From contig NC_042999.1 of NCBI RefSeq assembly GCF_006345805.1, forward strand, positions 161,386,001 through 161,450,000: 64,000 nucleotides of DNA. Reading direction: 5' to 3'. Source of the DNA: Octopus sinensis. Its lineage: Eukaryota. The translations under genes were made by a program, and so were the position numbers. A model generated the notes under the pieces. That model did no database searches and was not told the DNA's origin. It was given only the letters and a program-made list of their open reading frames with translations. Positions 55,003 to 64,000 of this stretch are shown here, one piece after another. Numbering within the stretch: the stretch's first letter is position 1; each line of letters opens with the position of its first letter.

Positions 55003-55820
55003 TTCGTTTCCTTAGCTGTAATTCTAAGACTAGAAACTCTGCTTATCAATGTAAAATTACTTCCAGTTCTGACGTCTTTTTTTAAATAGGTAGTTCTTCA
55101 TCTCAGTTGTCCAAAAGAACACCTAACCATTAATCTACATTTAGACATATCAATAAACGCAACAATACTGGGCTTAGTAAATTAATTTGGTCTCTAAAGG
55201 AACATAAACAATTTGATTTGGGATGGAATATTTTATCCAGATCCTTTCCTTATGATAAAGGAGAATCTTTTTGTTCGCTCTGTAACGATGAACTGTATTT
55301 CATCCTGTTTTCTGAGAATCCTCTTGTAAACACGTTTAAAGAACGCGTTTATCGTTGCAAACATTGGCAAAAACATACCTTTAGTTCCTATAAGTAATTT
55401 CTACCAGTCTATAAAATTCAACCTTTAACTGTCTTCTTACGTTTCATTTCTACTAGATATATCTATTTCCACGCCTTTAATCTTTATTTCTATTCACCTA
55501 TCACACTATAATTTCTCCACTCTTAGTTTTCTCTCATGTCTTCCTCCTCCTTCTCTCTCTATAAATTACCTTTGACATTATATCTATAAACGTTTTTTTT
55601 TAAAATAACTTATCAGCGTTCCCTTCATCATATATGCAATAATCACATTCGGTTAAAATGTCTTATTGATGCGTTTTGTTTCTCTTTTTTCCCTGATGAG
55701 AAGATTGCATTGTTTTACATCATTTTATTCCTTCTGGAATAATACGAATGTTTTCTTCGAAACATATGTCGGAAATATAAAGATTTAAATAACACCTGCG
55801 TTTAACTCCATTTATTTATG
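55003..55820 (+). mobile_element. 5'-truncated PLE: GIY-YIG endonuclease C-terminus (55017-55397, two TAA stops) plus pseudo-LTR
   Basis: One frame: CNSKTRNSAYQCKITSSSDVFF*IGSSSSQLSKRTPNH*STFRHINKRNNTGLSKLIWSLKEHKQFDLGWNILSRSFPYDKGESFCSLCNDELYFILFSENPLVNTFKERVYRCKHWQKHTFSSYK*. Confidence 0.85.
55688..55775 (+). ncRNA. Type I hammerhead ribozyme
   Basis: tttcc CTGATGA(55693-99) gaaga...tcttc GAAA(55759-62) catatgtc | ggaaa. Stem I 5 bp, stem II 5 bp, palindromic stem III ACATATGT, predicted cleavage after C55770. Confidence 0.83.
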
Positions 55821-56520
55821 TGTGAGTGTGTATGTGATTTAATAAGCACAAGAATTAAATGTAAACTTACAAAATTTCATGTTCTGTAAGCGCAGTTATG
55901 TGACGAGTTTCTTTAGTGTGCTGTGTAGTATCCTGCACTTTTCAGGTACAAACAAGTATGACTGCTCTCCGAGAAAAATGGAGAAGAAACGGGAAAGAAC
56001 AAGAACAAAAAGGAGAAACGAGAAAGAAATGCAAAATAAAACGATAAAGGAGTTTAAATTTGTGTCCTTTTGGCTCATTAGAATGGGAATTAACAACACT
56101 TGGAAGGGTTGATATGACGAGAAATGATTAAAGTTTGTAAGAGCCTATACCTAGTCCAGAGTGAGCGTCGTTCACTAGTTCGATAGCAGACGCTGACATG
56201 CTTACATTTTGTGAAAATTTGCGATATCATGTTTAGTAGGTCGGTGGAGTTCTTAGATTTAAAAAGGATATTATTTCTTTCAGCTAAACAAAACCCGGAA
56301 GTACAGACACATACACATAAATGCGCGCGTACACATACATATTATATATATACACTCACACACACACGCACAGATGCAGATTTCAAATTTTATTTTAATG
56401 TTGAGTTCCAGAGATCAGTTACGAATTTTGAGCGATTTTGTTCAAGAATGAGAGCAAAATCGGGGGTTTGCTATCAGTGTGGTGTGTGTGTGGTGTGTGT
56501 GTGTGTGTGTGTGTGCTTGC

Positions 56521-56560
<40 letters not shown>

Positions 56561-57019
56561 GTGCGTGTGTGCGCGCGCGTGTGTGTGTGTGTGTGTGTGT
56601 GTGCGTATGTGCGTGTGTGTGTAAGGAATTTGATTAGGGTGACAGAGTCAAAAGACCCTCACGAAGCCTCAGCAACAATCCTCACATCTATGCACCAAAT
56701 AGAAAAACAAAATCTTACTTTATCGACACATTATAAATTGCCCCAAATAATTCAGAAACCCGTACTGATGGAGACGCGTAAACGCCCGACAAGACGTGGT
56801 CTGACTTGGAATATAATAATTTGAATTCGCGACTGGTGCTTTCGGGCGAATATGCTCCCTGTCAGTACATATGTATACAATTATGTGCTTTAACAACAGC
56901 ATTTGAGCTGTTCAGCTCTTATTTCTAGCAATGTAGGTGTTCTAACACCCTAGTCACATTTAGTGACAATTATAGTTTTCCTTTTCGGTAAAACATTGCA
57001 CAGTGCTGTCTATATTAAA

Positions 57020-57418
57020 TCTTTATATATAAAAGTGAGGTTGTGTGCTGTCTGTCTCCTACGATTTAGATTCCTAACTACTCCCACATTTTGCGGTGCA
57101 GTTTAACCAAAACCGGGTATCTTATAGTCGTGATTCATATCGAGCCCTTCTGGGTATTAGCGCGCGTCTACGATGAGTCTACGATTAAAAAAAAAATTAC
57201 CATCAATTTTTCCCATTTTTAATGCATTTTTGGCATATATAAGGGAAGTAACTCTCTAAAAATGTATTATTAAATCTCAGAATGTAAAAAGCTACAGTAA
57301 CACCCCTCCCCCGTTTGTGGTTAGCCATATTGAGATGGCTATTATACTTTACATCTCTAAAAATGCTTGTATAGTTATTTCCCTTACAAACCCGAGCAAC
57401 GCCGGGCGATACTGCTAG
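57020..57418 (+). mobile_element. Non-autonomous Helitron-type element, body type 1 (short form)
   Basis: A|TC...cccgagcaacgccgggcgatactgCTAG|T; near-identical to 32259-32656. Confidence 0.85.
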
Positions 57419-58483
57419 TAATAGATAAGATTTTAAGACGTTCGTTTCACAGCCACCTGGTTTTAGGCTTCATCCCTCAGTGTGACACAGATGTGCCTTC
57501 TGCTATAGCTATGATAGGTAAAAACTATCTGGGATCTCGACGCGGATATACAAATAAAAATGTGTGTTGTGTGTGTGTGTGTGTGTGTGTGTGCATGTGC
57601 GCATAGCTGTGTGTATGTCTGTGCGTCGGAGTGAGGAGAGGGAGCGCTCGCATGCATACGTTTACTAACATTAGCGCCAGATATTGATGACTTTACGCTA
57701 GGCTTGAACTTAACTGAAATGAACAATTATCACTCTTAAATCTGTTGCCAGTGACCTCCTGAACCATTTCTTAATGACCTTAATTGAACTGGCCCTTTGT
57801 GGCTTTAATGAAAGCAATCATCGCCAGTGCTACGTCATTCTTAAACAACCCAAGTCCGCCTTACTCCGCTTCACACGCCCCTTCATTCAGAAGCCTTGTC
57901 TGGGGAGAATGAGAGAGACAGAGAAAAAAATGTCCATTTTAATCCCAACAGACCGCTAATCACGGCTTCTATCAACCTGATGGCTTTTTGGCTCTTACCC
58001 AGAATGCATCTTTCTTCCGGTAAAATTTAGTCCCATGCAGCAACAGATTAGAACTCATCATAGTCTCCAAGGAGAAAACACTCGTGAAATTATCTGTGTA
58101 TATTCGTTTGTAGGCATCTATGTGTGTATGTGTACATCAGTATGTATGTGTCTGTGAGCAGGGGTGCGTGTGTATTGTACGCGTGCGTGTGCGTGCGTAT
58201 GTATGCGTTTTGTACAGTCTTGATTTTATTATTGCACTACAAATGTTTTAGGGCAACTCAAACACATTGACGTATACATAAGACTAGAACTAGCACAACC
58301 CCGCTTATGCATATAGGCATATAAGGTACATATAAGCACACACATGCACACACACACACTGAAAGCCAAACCCACAGATGTATGTTTACGGAACAGCACA
58401 TATGTTGACAGCCAATTAGAAAGGCAGATTGATAAACAGATAAACAGTCAATAGAAAAATATGTATGTGCGTACTTTCGTGTA

Positions 58484-58515
<32 letters not shown>

Positions 58516-58589
58516 CCGGAGTAAACACATAAATGTGAAACAGGTGGAAAAAAGAGTACTCAAATACCAGTGGTAGAGTAATATGCTTT

Positions 58590-58702
58590 ATTTAAAGCAG
58601 CAGAAAATTCAAACAAAACTGTTACTAGAGGTTCACGTTCCCGTGAACGTGAAATCAGAGTCAGTAGTAACAGGTTTTGTTGAATTTTCTGCTGCTTTAA
58701 AT
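58590..58702. repeat. Short fold-back inverted repeat
   Basis: atttaaagcagcagaaaattcaaacaaaactgttact ... agtaacaggttttgttgaattttctgctgctttaaat around ttcacgttcccgtgaacgtgaa. Confidence 0.85.
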
Positions 58703-59175
58703 ATATATATATATGAGAAATCTGGATGAACAAAAGTTCACATTGTGGTTCCTATTTGCGTTTCTCCTCTATGGTTGTTTGGGGCCCTGCAATTCATTTT
58801 CCTGGCGCATTTAAATGTCCAACCACAATGGTTTATGACATTAAACTACAGATAACAAAGTCCAAAGCTGGATTCATCAAAACTGGATCACTTCTTGATT
58901 TGATTTCATTATTAAGACTCATACGACTTGATGCCAGTACAAACAAGATGGTCCAGATTCCACTTATGGGGATAATCAAACGATTTGAAGTAGCTTGCTA
59001 CATTTGACTCGAATCGAAATTCTGGCTCCGTGCACCGCTTCTTAGCGTAACACGATATATACGTATAAATTATATATATATATTATATTATATATATTAT
59101 TATATATTAATATATATATATATATATTATATATATATATATTGTGGGTGTGTGTGGTGTGTGTGTGTGTGTGTG

Positions 59176-59208
<33 letters not shown>

Positions 59209-59269
59209 TGTGCGTGTGTGGTGTATGTATATATATATATATATATATAATATATATATATTATATATA

Positions 59270-59548
59270 CAATTGCAGCGTGGAAGGTGTTTATAAGCCA
59301 TTTAAGAAACACACAAAAGCCGTTCGATTCACTCCAACATTTAAGTTTAATTGTCAAAATATTTTCGTCGCTAAAATCGCGACCTGTTCACTGACAAAGT
59401 CCGTGATGCATCACGGACTTTGTCAGTGAACAGGTCGCGGATTTTAGCGACGAAAATATTTTGACAAATTAAACTTAAATGTTGGAGTGAATCGAACGGC
59501 TTTTGTGTGTTTCTTAAATGGCTTATAAACACCTCCACGCTGCAATTG
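59270..59548. repeat. Zero-spacer palindrome, ~140 bp arms
   Basis: Centre tccgtgatg|catcacgga at 59408/59409. Confidence 0.95.
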
Positions 59549-59995
59549 TTTTCGTTTCAGCACACGATCTCAGATCAAATTACTTGCTATGCGAGTACAT
59601 CTTCGTAATATATATATATATATGATATATATAATAATAGGTATATATATATATATATAAACATGAAATACATAGACAAAACGAGTTAAATACATATATG
59701 TAAGTACATATGATATTTCTTGACTATTCTTTCATATGTTTCCAGTGTGTATCTGCCATCAGGATATTTATGTAGTGTTTAGTGTTCAAAGTTTAATATT
59801 AAACCATTTAAAGTTTCAACTGAAAATATGCATTAATTTTTTTATGCTTATTTTACTGAGAACGTAATGGCAGACGAAAATACCGCTAAGCATTTCGCCC
59901 GACGTGCTTACGAAATAATAATAATAATAATAATAATTTAAGTAACCAGAAGAGATCTTTAATACCAAATAAAGATTTGGTATTAATCTTTATTC

Positions 59996-60081
59996 TGTAC
60001 AACGGTCGTTTCGACCCATCCTCTTACAGTCTCTTCATGTTGTGTTGTAGCTATTCTGTTATCTGGGTCTCATCAGGTACA
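59996..60081 (-). ncRNA. Type I hammerhead ribozyme with long stem II loop
   Basis: tgtac CTGATGA gaccca [45 nt] tgggtc GAAA c-gacc-g t t | gtaca. Stem I 5 bp and stem II 6 bp are perfect. Confidence 0.78.
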
Positions 60082-60596
60082 TCCATACATGAAGTTGTGC
60101 CTCGCTAAAGATCTTGAGTTTTGACTATCATGTTGTTATATGCCCGTCTGGTTACGTAATGAAACTTTGCTCCAATTTTCAGTTCCTGTTAACTTTCTAT
60201 AAGAATTGCAAACATCTGTAAATATAGACAAATAACTGTTGATAACAAAAATTGTAGGGAAGTGAATGAATGGATAGGAATGGGTTGAGTTACATTGGGT
60301 TTAAGACAAAGGAATGGTACTAGGAAAAGGAACAGAAAGATATATGCAGGCTAGAATGTCTACGGGGCGAAAGGTTGTTTAGCTAGCTAGCTTAGGTCGG
60401 GAGCATATACATATTTTCGCACACACATGCTCGTAGTACACTTACACATACATATTCACATATACATATACCTACTAACATATATTTTTATATACACACG
60501 CGTGTGCCCAATCACACGCAAACTCACTCAAACAGGTGTACGGATATACCCATACATATATATATATACACACACATACATACATACATACATACA

Positions 60597-60630
<34 letters not shown>

Positions 60631-61000
60631 CATACATACATACAAATAATATACACACGCATATATATATCAGCATATACATATATGTATATTCACACAC
60701 ACACATGCATGTGCGACCCACATATGTGCACATAAATGTGCGTACGCATACACCTGCACATATACTGTCCCCCTCCTCCCCACACAGACACACATGTATA
60801 CGTATTTCTACTCACCTGGTTACTTAAGAAATTATTATTATTATCTCAACAAAAGGCGCGGAGTTCCTGAAGTAGATCCAATGGTAATAAACCCTGACTG
60901 TGGATGACACCAGGTGGCCCAAACTGTGCCAGTGCCCTACTAAACACTTCAACACACTAATCGACATATACACATTAGACCATAATATTAAATATATATA

Positions 61001-62317
61001 CAGGATGAGACAGGGAGGACGGACGTTTTTGAAAAGTTCACAAAATCATTAATTTTAGCAGCAAACAAATTTTATTGACATCAATATGTTCGTATTGATT
61101 TAGCATTTATCAAAATCAAGTGTGGAAACAACATCCATCATGTGGTTGTCCCTTCTCATTGATGCATTTCTCAAGGTGTTCTTGGAAGTTGGCCTCACTC
61201 TCTCCAGCATTGCTCTGTCGATTGGGCGACTTCCACGCGAATAGCTTCCTTCAAATCGTCCAATGTACGGAACTTATGCGCATACACACGTGCCTTGAGG
61301 TTTTTCCCCACAAGAAATGATCACAACATAAACAAATCAGGGGACCAAGGGCCCAGGGAATGTCAGAAAACCTGGAAATGCGGCAGTCATCGAAGAGAGG
61401 GCGATGAACGTCCATTCATGCTCTGGCTGTGTGTGCCGTCCTGTGAAACCACACACACTAAGTAGGCATACGTTTTCGTCGTAATTCAGGCACAAAGATG
61501 TTATCATCTCGAGGTAACGCTCGTTGTTCACAGTAACAGCATTCCATTATTGTCTCCAAAAAAGTAAGGACCAATGACGGCAGCTTTTCCAACAGCATAC
61601 CAGATCGTCACTTTTGGGCTGTGCAGTGGTCTTTCGTGCAGTTCTCTCGGATTTTCAAGATCCCAATAACGACAGTTCTGTCGATTCATCACGCCACTGA
61701 GATGAAAATGAGCTTCATCACTCAAAAAAATGAGGTTGTCATTTGCCTCAAAGATTGCTTCCTTCTGACGTGCGAAGTGAAACCGCTGTACATCATCTTA
61801 TAGTTTTAACTGTCACCCAATGACCAAATTATACGGGTGGAAATGCAGGCCTTCATGCAAAATACGCCTTACCGCTCGATTACCGATGCCAGGTTCAGTG
61901 GAATGTCTCTGAGCAGCGCGAAACGGACTTCGTATCAAGGCTTGTGTGACGCGTTCCACATTTTCCGGGGTCCGTACCGTTCGTGGCGCCCCCACTAGTC
62001 TCCTGTTCATTAGTGTACTTCGTGTACGAAGTGCATTCACCCAACGTAAGATTGAGTTACTGGTAGGAACAGCCTGATTTTGGTGGATGCTGAGGTGGCG
62101 CTGAAACTCACGCTGAACTGCTGTGACAGACTCGTTATTCTTCACGTAAATGTAGTAGGCAAACACGCGATGCTCTATCGTCCACAATGCCATAGCTCCA
62201 CTTGAAGAGAAAATGCTAAGACAGTAGGACCCAATGGTACCTGTCGGGCATATGTCCCTCCCACTGGGGCTGAATAATAGCCATTTCAAAAATGTCCGTC
62301 CTCTCTGCCCCACTCTG
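61001..62317 (-). mobile_element. Full-length Tc1/mariner element (possibly rosa/DD41D-like), decayed
   Basis: Imperfect TIRs caggatgagacagggaggacggacgtttttgaaa / tttcaaaaatgtccgtcctctctgccccactctg with TA on both sides. Minus strand: MALWTIEHRVFAY...VQREFQRH, FHPY, MSDEAHFHLSGVMNRQNCRYW..ENP, IGPYFF. Confidence 0.9.
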
Positions 62318-62325
62318 TATATATA

Positions 62326-62515
62326 CATGCACGAAGGGTATCGCGAAAGGTTTGATTGGTGGCCCAACCTTCCGAGTTCTTTAACAGGGTTTAGAAAAAC
62401 TGAAGAACCGCTACAATAAGTGTTTGAATCTGAGAGGGAGATATGTTGAATAAAATCATAATTAACTGATCCTCCTGTATAGCGAAAGCCACGGACTTTT
62501 CAGCACCCTCGCGTA
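62326..62515 (+). mobile_element. Internally deleted mariner relic
   Basis: GLEKLKNRYNKCLNLRGRYVE* (mariner C-terminus) followed by the TIR-like ggacttttcagcaccctcg. Confidence 0.65.
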
Positions 62516-63389
62516 TGTATGAACAAATTATGACAACATGTGTAAGTAAACGTAAGTAAAGAAATCCATTAACAAAAAAATGATAATAATAATAGTAATA
62601 ATAATAATGGAATATATTATATTAAAAATCTGTAATATATGCAACAATATATATTTTTTTCTTTTTGGCTCATATTTGGTATCCAGTCTTCATGTGGGAC
62701 AAGGAGTAAGACTTGTGTACTCTGCTGCAATGGGTGTATCTACCAGATGCAAAGAGTCTTATAAAAAGTAATAATTTGAGAATTTTAAAAAAATGACAAA
62801 TAACAGAAAAAGAGAGTAAAAAAACTATGTGAAATTTGAAATAGGAACAAAATAAATATTAACATCATAAATGAGAGTTTGTTTTTAACTTAAAAAGTTA
62901 AAATAGATTATTGTTATTATTACAATAGGGCTGTTGAATTTAAGCTATGTGGGAAAAACTCCTGCTTTTTTTTTAGAAATTTTACTGATTGTTTGTTTCA
63001 GTTAGCTTTCCTTGCAAAGTGTGTTTACATAACTGTGAAAGAACATTTACAATATATGCATATATATATATATATATATGCAGATTAAATCCATGAAAAT
63101 ATACGAAATTTTGGAAAAATCAAGTATTACAGAAATGGATTTGAGTGATTCTGTGTAAGTATGTATGTCATTGTTCAGTTTTATTTCAAGATGTCTTGCC
63201 AATAGAGAAAGAGCCGGTTTCTAACCTAGATTCAAGACTCCTTCATTGGAGTTTCAACATTAACAACAGTGTATTTTTGTTTGTTTGTTTGTATGTATGT
63301 ATGTATGTATGTATATGTACAGATTAGTTTGTTTTGCTTTATGTATGTATCATCATGCATATAGTTGCACATCTAGACATGTTCATATA

Positions 63390-63660
63390 TATTTAAATGC
63401 TACACCTCTGGAAAGGTTTACAGATTTTTACAGTTCCAGTGATGGATTGGATCTGTAATCTTCGAATTAGCTTTCTCCTTTCTGGTTTTGAGAGGCCTAA
63501 TTTCTCAAGATTGGTTTTTAGGCAGTGTGTTACCTATCCTAGGGCCCTAATAATTACAGGTATAAACTTGAACTTGTAATCTGGACAGAGTAACTGCAGA
63601 TTCCTCAATAGTTCAGCGTAGGCATTTTCTTTTTCACTGATCTTTCAGCTTTATGTTAAC
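63390..63660 (-). mobile_element. R4/Dong-like restriction-like endonuclease C-terminus
   Basis: Minus strand: KISEKENAYAELLRNLQLLCPDYKFKFIPVIIRALG*VTHCLKTNLEKLG...LQIQSITGTVKI. Confidence 0.7.
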
Positions 63661-63675
63661 ATCCGCTGAGCAGCT

Positions 63676-63930
63676 AGATTCCACAACTGTGCACAGTATG
63701 TATGTATGTATGTATGTATGTATGTATGTATGTATGTATGTATGTATGTATGTATGTATGTATGTATGTATGTATGTACGTATGTACGTATGTACGTACT
63801 GTATGTATGTATGTTTGTATGTATGTATGTATATATGTATGTATATATGTACGTACGTACGTACGTATTATGTATGTATGTATATATGTACATACTACGT
63901 ACGTACGTATGTATGTACATATGTATGTAT
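63676..63930. repeat. (TATG)n array
   Basis: Tetranucleotide array. Confidence 0.95.
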
Positions 63931-64000
63931 GTGCAAGTGTGCGTGTGTGTGAAAATATTTATACACAAATTGAAATGAAAAAGAAAATATAATTTCAAAA

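Noticed and set aside
55326-55352. 10 bp hairpin taaacacgtt-taaag-aacgcgttta, conserved in four copies
   Set aside because: It lies inside endonuclease coding sequence (VNTFKERVY), and conservation is explained by common descent of the copies.
55017-55397. Selenocysteine recoding of the PLE endonuclease (known in some Naiad PLEs)
   Set aside because: Both internal stops are TAA, not TGA, so simple decay explains them.
56760-56805. CTGATGGA-gacgcgtaaacgcc hammerhead-like motif
   Set aside because: Both core segments deviate from the consensus.
62670-63280. Short AG-preceded open stretches (LHVGQGVRLVYSAAMG..., DVLPIEKEPVSNLDSRLLHW...) as host exons
   Set aside because: Short, no convincing donor sites, no recognisable family, and next to an R4-like relic.

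Overview
Eukaryotic, AT-rich, microsatellite-saturated DNA with no intact protein-coding gene. The mix of tRNA-headed SINEs, RTE/R4/Tx1 LINE relics, Penelope-like elements (PLEs), Tc1/mariner elements, non-autonomous Helitrons and long (TA)n/(TACA)n/(TAGA)n arrays fits intergenic or intronic DNA of an octopus-like cephalopod (inference from repeat style). Most ORFs in the supplied track are microsatellite translations. The main signal the ORF track misses is a dense set of type I hammerhead ribozyme (HHR) motifs: about eight intact or near-intact motifs from at least five unrelated sequence families. They sit in a PLE endonuclease/pseudo-LTR with an inverted partner (54.6-55.8 kb), in a tRNA-headed short element (42.0-43.2 kb) whose third copy starts at the predicted cleavage site (11.65 kb), and in or at the centre of fold-back palindromes (21.9-22.6, 58.6, 59.3-59.5 kb). 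All folds were made by eye and none is tested. Several near-identical duplicates differ mostly by homopolymer indels, so some duplications, palindromes and frameshifts may be long-read assembly errors.
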